From the NCBI GenBank assembly GCA_028534125.1, contig CM052816.1, forward strand, positions 33,296,001 through 33,360,000: a stretch of DNA of 64,000 nucleotides, in the 5' to 3' direction. Source of the DNA: Lama glama. Taxonomy: Eukaryota. Shown here piece after piece: positions 38,389 through 50,479 of this stretch. The stretch's first letter is position 1. The number at the start of each line of letters is the position of its first letter. The translations under genes were made by a program, and so were the position numbers. A model generated the notes under the pieces. It did no database searches. It was not told the origin of the DNA and saw nothing but the letters and a program-made list of their open reading frames with translations.

Positions 38389-38738
38389 TGTGTATACTAA
38401 TAACATGTTAGAGCATAACTGAGAAAAGAACAGCAAACAAAATAAATGGAAGCATTACAGTGTTCTGTAGACTGTTCTTGGCTACACCATAACCTAAAGG
38501 TACTTTCTTCATGGTAATGCATAAGAGAGTCTTCAGATCTCTTATTAGACTTGAAGATAAAGAGTACATTCTGATGAAATAATTGATAGAAACTAATTTA
38601 TCAGAAAAGTTGTTGGGATTTACTATTTTTGAAAAATCTTCACTAACTTTTAGTTTTTTTAAAGTTAGCTCTAAACTTTAAGAGTATGTTGAAAATTTTC
38701 ATTCTAATAGCATTTGACTTTTAATATTTTTTCTCCAG

Positions 38739-38865
38739 CTTCAAAGCCCAAGGTGTTATAGATGATGGTGTCAACAATATAATAGACCATATACGCCCAG
38801 GTCCCTGTCGCTTGGATTGGGACAGTTTAATGACTTCATTGGATATTTTGGAGCATTTTGAAGAG
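38739..38865 (+). CDS. STARD4: STARD4 coding exon 3
   Basis: ctccag| (L)[42 protein letters not shown] |gtattt; 127 nt, phases consistent. Confidence 0.95.
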
Positions 38866-39694
38866 GTATTTGTTTAGAAATATTACTTCAGATTGTGTGT
38901 GTGCACACGTGTGCGTCCATGTGTACACACTTGTATTCACTGCTTTGAGAATAAGTAGTCATGGCAAAGATTTCACAGGAGAATCCTTGCTGCCTTTTAA
39001 AAAGCCTGAGTTTCCTCATATTAACTAATGAATGTTAGTCAGAACTGAGTTTGTTTTCCCCAGTAGCTCTACCCTTGCTGCTTAAGAGGATCATCAGAGT
39101 CTTTAGTTGTAAAACCTTAAGTGGTGTTCTGAAATCTAAAATTCTGAAAATACCAGCATCATATTTGGGTTTCTAGGTAGTTGTATTTAGGCTTTCCATA
39201 AATAATATTAAGTAAATATCAAAGTCTAAAGATAAAAATGCTACCTTAGGCATTAGAGAATTATGTAACCAAAGTGGCTTTCTCTCTTTTTCTATTTTTA
39301 TTAATTCATTTCTTGCCATGTTTGAATTCCTTTATTGAAACATTAGCTGTTTTAGTCAAAATATTTGTGGATTTTATCTTCTATACCTATAGTCTACACC
39401 ACCTACTTCCACTTTTATCATATAGGATAAAAGGTGACCATATTGAAATAGAGGTTTGGATACTGGATAACTTAGCTCTGTATTTTGATTATATATCTTC
39501 TTCATGTCTATACATTAGCAATGAGATTTGGAATAGATAGCTAAACCTGTCAGAATCACTGTAAGAATTGTTATTCATAATAATTATAATATATTTTAAG
39601 GGAGTATTAAGTTTTTTGCTAAAGATTAACTTGTGATATATGTCTATGTATGTGTTTCCTGTAGAACTAAAACCTGTTACCTGTTCTCTTCCAG

Positions 39695-39809
39695 AATTGC
39701 TGTGTGATGCGTTACACTACTGCTGGTCAGCTTTGGAATATAATTTCCCCAAGAGAGTTTGTTGACTTCTCCTACACTGTGGGATATAAAGAAGGGCTTT
39801 TATCCTGTG
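39695..39809 (+). CDS. STARD4: STARD4 coding exon 4
   Basis: ttccag| [38 protein letters not shown](G) |gtaatt; 115 nt. Confidence 0.95.
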
Positions 39810-40740
39810 GTAATTATCTCAAAACCTTACACTTTCATTTTGTTTTAAACATTTGAGATTTTAGGCTGGAAGTTCCTTTTCACCCATGTATTATCAACCT
39901 TCATAGTTATTTCATAATCACTAAGATTTGTTTGCAAATGCTAAACCCTAGGAATTAAAATAACAGTATCATGAAAGGTTTTGCAATCTTTCTGATAGGT
40001 TTTTGTTCCTAGTGACACAGCTAACAAATATGGATCGTATGACTGCCTCTAAGAAAGGATCCAGTCAATGGATTTCCTTCTAAGTCACTCTCAGGACACA
40101 GCTTCTTAGTCATATAGTTAGAAAAAAATAGGCTTGGTATGTGTTGGTATATTTTTCTTTCCTTGATCTGTGTAATATTTTTCTTTTCAAAATGAAAAAT
40201 ACTGCTATTAGAAGGCTCCTGCTTTCTAAAATATATCTATAGGCAAATTATTATTTTCTCATGTATAGTATGTATTTGAGTTGGCAGTTATGGGTAAATA
40301 ACTACCTGTTTATTCTTAACCACTTAGTACCAAAGTTGGATATGGCAGTGCCTGTGGAGAGCAGTGGTGGTACCATAGGTTTGAGGCACCTTGAGGCCTG
40401 CCTGCCTCAGTGAAGAGTCATAGTTTCCAAGGAGCTACCAAGATGACATGATGCCATCTATCCTGAGGGGACTGGAATTTTCCCCATTACATTATACCAC
40501 TATTAAAAGTCCACTTGTTAATTATCTTTTTTTTTAAAAAAAAATTGAAGCATAGTCACTTTACAGTGTTGTTTCAGGTATCTTTTTCATTCTTCCATGG
40601 TCACTCTTGGGGCTTAATTTTCATCTACATGGATAAGAAGAAAAATATTTAAACAAGAAATCTGATAATATTTTTTAATGAGCATTTTAGACTAATGTCA
40701 TTAATTACTATTAATAGTATTATTTTAAAATTCCTTGTAG

Positions 40741-40970
40741 GGATAAGTCTTGACTGGAATGAAAAGAGGCCAGAATTTGTTCGTGGATATAACCATCCCT
40801 GTGGTTGGTTTTGTGTTCCTCTTAGAGACAATCCAAATCGGAGTCTTTTGACAGGCTATATTCAGACAGATCTGCGTGGGATGATTCCTCAGTCTGCAGT
40901 AGATACAGCCATGGCAAGCACTTTAATCAACTTCTATGGTGATTTACAAAAAGCCTTACAAAAGGCATAA
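40741..40970 (+). CDS. STARD4: STARD4 last coding exon (spliced CDS 627 nt, 208 aa)
   Basis: ttgtag| (G)[80 protein letters not shown] domain C-terminus. Confidence 0.96.
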
Positions 40971-43574
40971 AATGTTTGAACTGGTATTATGTCCCCTGAA
41001 TCACCTCTCTCTTTCAGGTGCATGGCCTGTAAAAATCATCCTTTTCTCTCTTGTGCATAGTATGTAGAAAAATTTGAGATGTTTTTGGTTTATTTCATTC
41101 CTAAAGTAAATAACAGTGGGCATTGCAGTTTTCCTTAACAGTCATTTGCACATTGTTTGGTATGGCCGTGTGTCTAGCAATGAAGAGTATGACAAATCCA
41201 CCAAGAAGTAGATATAATTCTTTGACTCAAACTCTTAAGAAATTGAATATTAGTACGAATATTTTGGCTGCTTAGAAGTTAGAGGAAGCCATGCTTCATA
41301 CTGGTAGGTTAAAATCACCTATTTTAGAGCTTTATGAACATTCTGCAAAAGTTTTAAACTTTACTGGAAGCTAAATATTAATGCTTTACTTTTGGTTTGC
41401 GCTGAGTTTGACAATATCATAGACTAAAGAAAAAAAGCTCTTATCTGTATTTTATAAAGATGAACTTCATTGTCAATTGACTTGTACTACTTTCAGTATT
41501 GAAAAGATCAGAAATAGAAAAGAATAGATATCATAGTAAAATGCAGTTCAGTTTTGATACACAGATGGCATTATTTTGTAGATATCTTTAAAAATATATT
41601 TGTATCTTTATGTGCATTTGTTTTGGAAGTCTTAAAAGCATTTATGCATGAATAAGACAATTTAAAAAGCTGCCAGATATGTGCTGGGGCACCACATTGA
41701 TTGGGCAGTAGTCTGGGTTGTGGGAAGTGGTTGGTGGTATCCCATACTGACCAACAGAGAAGCATCGCTCTAGAAAGTTAAATTCAATGAATGTTCTGTA
41801 CGTGTTGCAGTTTTAAATGTTTCAGTTTCAAGTATGTCACTCAACTCATAATGTATTACTAACTATGTCACAGACATTCACAATTGTGATGTAACTTCAG
41901 TCTGGAACTATAACAAATGTATTCATAGATTTATCCAAATGCCTAGATGAGTCATTACCAGAATGAACTATATGACCCTTGGTTTTGTGGGTACCTTGAA
42001 TGAATATTGCTAAATGATTTTAACATTCCACATGATCTCTGGCTTTGAACTAACCACCTGGTTTACTTCTAAAATGAGAACTTGAGGGAAACTCAGTTGT
42101 CTGTGCAAATTTTTGTCAGTATTTATATTTGTGTATATGCATTCATCTTGAAATCTATTTCAGTGTTCTATGAGTTATTTATGTGTTACTATTACTGTTT
42201 CTTTTTCTTTCTTTCTTTCTTTCTTCTGGTTAATGTGGAGTAAAGTGAGTTCTGGAAATCTCTATTTGTTAGAAGGGCAGGAAAAGCACAAGAGCATATG
42301 GTAGTTCAGTTGCATGAAGGATTGATCTGTGTTTCACTTTACTGTGTTTCCCCGAGTGTAAAGAAAGCACAAGTTGCAGTTTTTCAGACCCATTTTGATA
42401 AAGTGGAAAAAGTAGAGCTGATTTTTGTTTTTATTTTTTGCTATTGGAGATGTTCAAAAAAACAAAAGGTGGCAGCACCACAATATCCATAGTGAATAAC
42501 CTGTTTTTAGATTGAAAATACTTTGTTTCAAGACGTGACAGAAGCAATGCATAAATGATACTATATTCTTAATTTGAAATTTATTATTTACTAATGTTTT
42601 TCCAAATTGACTATAATTCTTGAGTTGCTGGATTTCTCTACTTTTTTTCCCCTCACAATGGGGAAAGAAAACTGAGCTGTTTAGCTTTCAGTTTCCCATG
42701 GCAATTGTTAAATGTTAATTTTGACTTAATCTGTTATCTTTTATTTGGTTTTATTAGTGTAGAGTAGGAGGTTTCTTATATCCTAGTATTCTTTCTAGGA
42801 TTGCAAAATACCAGCAGACGTCCAATTATAAGCTGCCCCAGATTGGGTAAGATTGCAACAAGATGTACATTACTATAAGGGCTATTATTACCTGGGTTAG
42901 GTGCCCCCAAAGGCAAATAAAACTGTTCACTCTCAGCAACTCTATGTTCTCTTTGTTTTTTTTTTTTTTAACTTATTCCTCCAACTAGTGATTACATCAA
43001 TCCACTGTTGAATGAGGACCCACTGCAGGTAACAGGACCCTCATGGAAAAGTTTTCATTGCAATATTGAACCATATGATGGATTAAAGAACTATATTTGA
43101 ATTACCTGAAATTTATATGCAGCTTCTAGATGGCACTTTAGATCTGCTGGATTCTAGCTGTGCACTTAAAAAAAAAAGGGGAAAAAACAGGTTTATTGAG
43201 ATATAATTCCCATGCTATATAATTTACCAGTTGTAAGTTTACAATTCAGTGATTTTTGAATATAGTTGTGTAGCCATCATGAGAGTCCAGTTTTAGAACA
43301 TTTCTGTCACCCAAAAAGATCCCTTTTGCCTGTTTGCTGGCTCATATTTAACCAAAGTTTAGCACAGTTGTCAGTATAAAGAAGATTATTAAAATGATTA
43401 GATCAGACTTTGTTTAGTTTTGTTTTCAATTGTAGAGGTGTTTTTGATTCTAAGCTCAGGAACCTGATGATAATGTATTAAATATGTTTTCTCAAATGCC
43501 ATAATGATACAAAATTTAAAGATGTGGGTTAGGATTAATATTAACATATAATAGAGTTTGCTGTTTCTACAGCA

Positions 43575-43846
43575 GTGAATATATAATTTAAAATTTCCTA
43601 GCAGCTGCATTTAAAAAATAAAAAGAAACAGCTGAAGGTAATTTTAATAATATAGTTCACTTAACTCAACATATTCAAAATATTATCATTTTAACATGTA
43701 ACCAGTATAAAAATCTTTAAGATATCTTACATTCTTATTTTGTACTAATTTTTTGAAATCTGGTGTGTATTTTACGAATTTGGGCTGGCCACATTTCAAG
43801 TGCTCATTATCCACATAAGGCCCGTGGCCTCTATTGAATAGCACAG
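43575..43846. mobile_element. hAT-Charlie MITE (MER3/MER33-like)
   Basis: aatattatcattttaacatgtaa...gccacatttcaagtgctca...attgaatagcacag. Confidence 0.65.
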
Positions 43847-45189
43847 TTCTGTATGTATCAGTTTGTCTTTCTACAATAAGAAGTAGAGGTATTTCATGAA
43901 ATTACTCTCTTAAATACAAAATATTTTCTAGTCTCTGAAGCCTTCAGTGCTTGCTAAATGGAATTTCTTAACATTAGAAATAAATCATTTAGTAATTTTC
44001 AATAGAATAAAAAGTATAGCCAAAATTTTTTCTTTTAAAAATAATTAACTTTTCATAGGGCAATTGATGAAATGAAAGAATGTAATTTGCCTTATAGTTA
44101 ATGTGGTTGATTATTTTCTCTAGCTTATAGCTAGTTTGTATTAGAAACATGTATGCAGGAAATACTTGGCATAGTACTATTTTCAGTACATGGTACCTAT
44201 TTTTAAGGAAATTAGTTTCATACAAGAAAATATAACTTATCATAAGTGATCCTTTTGCATGAAATATTAGTTTGTATTGATAATTCTTGATTAATCTTGA
44301 AGTTTAACAAAATACTCAGAAAAAATAATTGTAAGAATTTAGTGTTCTGCAGCTAAGTATAATATAAACTGCTAGAGTATTAAAGATAGACTGTAAATAT
44401 TAAAAATCTCTTCATTTCACTGTTCATTGAAGTTGGATGTATTTCAAATTGTAGATTTCTGTCTGTATATTGTCTCCTAGTAAAAAAACAAAGTCCTTTC
44501 TTTACTCCCTCTTTCCTTCCTAACTGAAGGACATTTAATCAACACTCAGGTTGAATTAAATTAGTATCTCAAGCTAAAAACACTGTAACTGAGGTTGCCT
44601 CTGGAGAAGATAGGAAATCGATGCACAATTTAAGCCCCTAATGTCTATTGAGCTCTTAGTATGAGTAATTCCCTTTGATGTAGATAAAAGCTTTACCTGT
44701 TTACTTTAGAGCATACTAGCATCCTTAGAACCTGTTGTTAAAATCCAGTTTCTTTGAAATAAGTGGATACTGTAGCTATCCCAACCTTATTCATAGATTA
44801 ACAGAACACAGAGAAGCTACGTTTTCATTTTACCCTGTGTTGTATAATTACTTGTCCAGTTTCTCTCGCATGCCTTTTTTATTCAGCTTCCAGAAGTAGG
44901 GGATGGTGGGATCTGAGCATAGAAGAAATACTGGATTAAACCCAGAGCATAGGAAATTGAAATTATTATTTGTTTATTATTTTCTTGTTTTCAAATATTT
45001 TACATATATTGTTAAATAAAATTTCATCTCTTGCAATTCAAAAAAAGCTGTATTATATATAGGCTTTATTTTAAGAAGTTTATAATTCTTTTATGAATCA
45101 ATATGTAAACCTGGAACCTTTATTAAACTAGTAAGAGCATGTATTAATATACATAAAATGTATATTTTTAAATTGTTAAAATATGTCAG

Positions 45190-45195
45190 AATAAA
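45190..45195 (+). terminator. STARD4: Candidate distal STARD4 polyadenylation signal (others at 42916 and 45015)
   Basis: AATAAA with upstream TGTA elements and downstream T/GT-rich sequence. Confidence 0.45.
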
Positions 45196-46762
45196 ATTTC
45201 TACACACTTTTATATTGACTGTTGATACTATCTGTGTAAGTTGCTTTAACCTTATCTGAATATAAAGTATGTAATTTAGTTTCCTGAACTCTTAAAAAAG
45301 AAAAATGTAAACTGGAAAACTAAGATTATTAATGTACATACTAAACCCCTGCCAATATCTCATATAATATTAGCCACAATCCTGCTGAATTTTGATGATG
45401 ACATACTCTGTGTCCCAGGAGACACAAGGTGGATCCGTGTTACTTGTGTTATCAGCTGTACAGGTGATTCGTGGGGTGTAGTATTCTGCTGATAAAAATC
45501 ATGGAGGAAGTACAATGTACAAGTACCAAAATGGGCTTTTTACTCATTATTTGGATAGTATCTTTTTTTTTTCAGGAGCTTTACCTTCCTACTTAGGTTT
45601 TGCTTTAGTGACATCCCTTTAGTACAAGGCAGCTGATTCTTTATTAAAGGAAATAGTCCAGAGATTGTGCAAAACCAAGTTGAAATAAAAAGATGTTTCA
45701 AGTAGTCAGAAATGGACTTGCAGATGGGAGAGGTTTTTGTTCTTCTCTAGCCTTTCCCTCAGTTAAGAAGTTATTGTTTAGGATAAGTGTGTCTTAACAC
45801 AGCGAGGATTTTTGTATGTAATGGTACTTAGTAGCAAGTTGCAATTCTGAGAGTAAGCCTCACTGACCTATTATCCCATCTCTTGAATATTTCACACAAA
45901 TGTTTGCTCATTGATCAAGTGGCCAGACTCAAGACTTTCAGATCTTTTTACAACTTGTGCTAAGAAAGAGCTTCTTAAAAGTGAACAGGCAATTTTTTTC
46001 CCCTCTCATTCTCAGGTCCTGTAGGTTTGAAAGCATCATCATGAAGGAACCACTGAATATCATTTGGTTCAACAATTCCACATTAGGATTATTTTTTTGG
46101 TTTGGATTTCACAAAACTCAGAAAAGACTTTATGTAGTGTTACTGGAAAAAGAAAAAGAATTGAGGCTGGATTATTATACAGCTATCATAAATGTTGGTG
46201 AACATTATTCTAATAATGTGCTTTAGTGATAGACTGATAGAAAAAAGTTACAATATGATTAAAGTCTGTAAGAAAACTAATGCTAGATAAAGACAATGCT
46301 TGTCTTTGGAAGGCATTCTTACGGTAATTTTCTACTTTTCTGTACTTTGAAATTTTTATGAAAATCAGTTTTTATGTGAATTAAGTGAATCCAGTGAATT
46401 AAGTTTCTAGTAGTGAGAGCACTGGGGTAGGAGATGGTCAACCAGATCTCTTCTCTTCTTAGCACTGTGAACCTAGATAAGTCATTACTTCTCTGGGTGT
46501 CATTTCTCTTTAATAAAATAAGCCTGTTGGATTGGCTGGTTACTAAGATCACCTTTTACCTTTGTGGTTTTAAGACATCACTGTAGAATACTAAAAATGC
46601 TATGAAACTCAAAGTATAATTTCATCTGAGAGAATGAAAAAACACACAAGGAATGATTCAACTCCATATTTCAGATATAAGGAAAATGTCCATTGTGTCG
46701 CTCTTGAACTGTGGTAACATTTCAAATTACAGAATGCAAAGTTTTGGTGGGCTCTTAGATGA

Positions 46763-46768
46763 TTTATT
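46763..46768 (-). terminator. CAMK4: Candidate distal CAMK4 polyadenylation signal (proximal candidates near 55674-55699)
   Basis: Minus strand tgtaaagcaatttgcatgtacagtatgatAATAAA; two upstream TGTA motifs and a TG/T-rich stretch further downstream. Confidence 0.45.
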
Positions 46769-49700
46769 ATCATACTGTACATGCAAATTGCTTTACAAAT
46801 TTCCCAGCAGTAAGGTATATGCTTCTCTTGGCATGCTCTGACAAATCTGGGTGAACTTGGCACAAAATAACGTTGGCCCTCGCTACTATCAATTTCAACA
46901 CTCTACCGTCAACATCCATTTTGCCTCGTCATATTCTTGCATTATGTTCCTGGGAAACACCAAAAAATTAGCATGCCTGTCACTTAACTAGGTTATTCCA
47001 ATCTGAGTCCAAGAAGAAGCCACAGTTGTCTGTGGCTCTCATGTTGTCTGCCCCAGGCTTTGGGCAGCTGAGAGAGCCAATGACTGTTGTGTCCCATCTG
47101 CAGGAAGTTGGGACTCACTGTCAGTCACTGCCGTTGAAGAATATAGTAGCTCAAAGGCAAAGGGGCATGATTTTGATGAATTCTCTACAAACATTCTCTC
47201 TATTTACATTTATGGCCAGGTCGGACTTACATGTTTACCTAAAAAATACTGTAATATATCTTTGTATTAAGGAGCCAATAGCACCATTTTGACAGGTTTT
47301 TAAAATGAAACGTTGACAGCTCCTTTTTCTAGTACTTTTCAATCAGGAATTGGGAAAGTAGCCTACAATCTTGGCTGTGTCAACTGAAATATTTACACTT
47401 TTTCTTTGTCCTCCAAATCCTACATGCACTTGTTTTTGGCTAATGACTTGCTGTCTAAACTATTGGAGATGTAAGTTTCCTGTATATAATAGTCCATTAA
47501 TCTAATCTCCATGCTGCTACTGAGCTGCTTATGTCCTTTTAGTCCAGAAAACTTCTGACAACCCAGCAATACAAAATTTTCCTCTAGGAAAAACTAGAAA
47601 AGACATACCAGATAATGTCACCAAAATCTGAAAACCCTAGTAGGAAGTATTACTTACTCAATGCCTGCTAACTTGTATTTTCTGTATCTCCCTCCCACAG
47701 TATCTCTATGTCTTAGCTTCTCTTCTGTCAGATGATAGTCAACCTTTGTCCCTTTCTTCATTTGTCCTAGGGAATAATGCAGCCATTTACTAATCACAAA
47801 CATTATCTAAAACAAGCAAAGTGGCAAGACAACTAAAAGTATATATACTGTAATCTGATTTTTAAAAAATTAGTTTCTTGAAGATGGATGTAAAATAATA
47901 CCTGCAATGAGTGATATAAAAAGGAATGTATAGAAGGGGGTGTAAAGCAAAAGGGACGGATGTAGAAGACAGGACTTCACAGGATCAGCTTGATGTTTGG
48001 GAAAAGCAGCTCTGAGAATTTTAAATTTTGTTGTCTGAGGCTTAGCTTTCATGCACAGGTTATCTTTTGGAGTCTAAACTTTCAGATATAATTGTATCTC
48101 AAATCCTGTGGGAATTGTTCCTTCCAATCAGATAATGTGAAAGGTCAAAATAACTATGAAAGAAGAGACCCTGACGTGGGCTTCCACTGGAAAAGCTTTA
48201 GCAAGTAGTTAGGTAATTTTCTAGAGCCACAGGGAATTATTTAGGTACTGGAGTTTTGCCAAACTTACTCAGATAATCACTATCATCTTTTACTCCCCTT
48301 TGTTAGTGGAGACCTAGCCAATGCAGTTTTTGCTTTTATTGACTGAGGCTTTGTTTCAACCGGTGACTTGCAAAATGTCTTTGATGATTTTCATTTTGCT
48401 TGAGGATGCACCAAATAAGCCATGGATGTAGGAGACCACAGAGGGCTAGATGCTCTGAGGAAATGCTGCACATGTGTCTACCAGTAAGAAAGGGGCGAGG
48501 AAGTCTAATTCAACTTCACACAAGATCTGAGACTTGAGCAGACTCAGCAACACTTCCCTGCAGACTTCAGCCTCTTACACCCAGCATTGTTCCTTCACCG
48601 CTGTGCCCTTCTCCGTGCTCTGTGTATTTCCCAGCCAGATGCACTGCCTTCCTCTTCCCTCCCTGCGAAGGTCTTCCCCATTCCTCATATCGAGCTGGTG
48701 TTCCCACAGAGCTTCCTTTGATTGTGCCAAGCAGAGGCAGCTTTTCCTGCTTTCCCTCCCCGAAGGCTTACCGCCTGCCTAGATTTAGCACAGGCTATAT
48801 ATATACACACTTGTATTTTCTAACTACAAAGCTCACTCCTAGCGGGTAGCATGAGTTTAATTCATCTCTGACTCTCATTGTACGTAACTGTCTCTCAGTG
48901 AAAGTTTACTGAGAAAATGAGTTCTTGGCATGGGCTGCTCATGGAAATCTTCAAAATCAGCAAATCATTTCCTTAAAATTGTGCTTGTGATGTAGGCCGA
49001 ATATCCCCTAAACTACACTGCTTATTGTTTTGGGAGGAAAATGAGCTACTGACTTTGGTTTATTCGTTTCTAAGGGAAGCAGGTGACCTAGATACTGAAA
49101 GAAATTTAGAAATTACAACTTAAGTCCATTAACAACTGCCTTCAAACTCAGCAATCAAGGAAAATGGGTAGGTGGGAATGTGGAACACTAATCTACATTT
49201 TACCTTTTCCCTCTTGCATTCCAGTAGTGTCTCCCTGCTACTCACATCAACGAGGAACTGGCAGACAATTCATCTTTTTTCTTTTCCTGAGTTCTACAGT
49301 GTATCCAAGTGGCTACATCATATTGATTGCTGCAGTAGTTTAAAGAAAACAATTTATTATTTAATTAGAGTCATGATAACATTTTAGGTATTCCTAAAAA
49401 TAAGCTGATTTTCTACTCAATACCTCATTTGTAACCTTTTGGCTACAGACGTTCAAAGTCAAACACAAAAGTCATGCATGCCGCATTCTCAATATCTGGG
49501 TCACTTGCTTCCCTTAAGGCAGATATCGTGGAATGAATAATTTCTCTGTGACAGAAATAGACCAAGAGAAGGGCCCTTCCTGGGTTTCTAAATACATAAG
49601 AAAAGGAAGTAAAGGGAAGCATTTACTCAAGGCCTTCTTTTTTTGAAGAAACAAAATATATAACACTCAGAAAAATGGGGTTTGGAAAGTAGTTTTCTTA

Positions 49701-50263
49701 TATAAAGGAGTTGGCTCTTTGCCTGTTCCCTGAGCTATTGATGAGCAAGTCACTGTCTCAGAATGTCACATAATAAAGCACATTTCCTAAAAATTATTAA
49801 ATGAAAATCCAATTGGTATAAATTACTTGAAAATATTCTGAAGGATTCAGAACCAAAGTGCTCTCTCATTTATTAGCTTACTAGTAACAGCTGCAGATTA
49901 ACTTAAATGTGAGCAATGTAAACTGTCATTTACATGATTTTAAATAAAAGGATCAAATTTCTAAAACATGCTCAAAGTGCTAGAAATGTTTTAAATTCCT
50001 CTCTCTTAATCAAGTCAATTCATACTCTAAACTTTTTTCAGGCATCATGCACTTCTGAATTTTTAGTTCTGTAGGGAAATTTTACTGTTTACTTGTATTT
50101 CCAGAAAAAATATTGTTGTGAGACCACCTGCACTGAAACAAACCTCTCCAAACTTCCTACGAAGCAAATGGGAATAAGAACCTTAAGCTAAGGGGAAGAA
50201 ATTTGGAGTATTGTAATCTGTATACCTAGATATCACCAAAAAGGCAGGGTGCCATAAAAAAAT

Positions 50264-50479
50264 CAAGGTCATCAATTTTTTTCTGTAAAGGGCCAGATAA
50301 ACATTTTAGGGTTTTCTGGGCCATACAGTCTCTGTTGAAACTACTAAACTCTGTCCTAGTAGCATGAAAGCAGCCATAGCCAATGTATAAATAAGTCAGC
50401 ATGGTTGTGTTCTAATAAAACTTTATAAAACAGGCCTCTGGTAGATTTGCTCCGTGAACCATAGTTTGCCTGACTCCTG
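50264..50479. mobile_element. hAT-Charlie MITE (MER58A-like)
   Basis: ttttctgtaaagggccagata...gggccatacagtctctgt...aaagcagccatag...catagtttgcc. Confidence 0.75.

Noticed and set aside
42545..42551. miR-33 7mer-m8 site (CAATGCA) in the STARD4 3' UTR
   Set aside because: Biologically appealing, but a single 7mer in a ~4-kb AT-rich UTR is compatible with chance.
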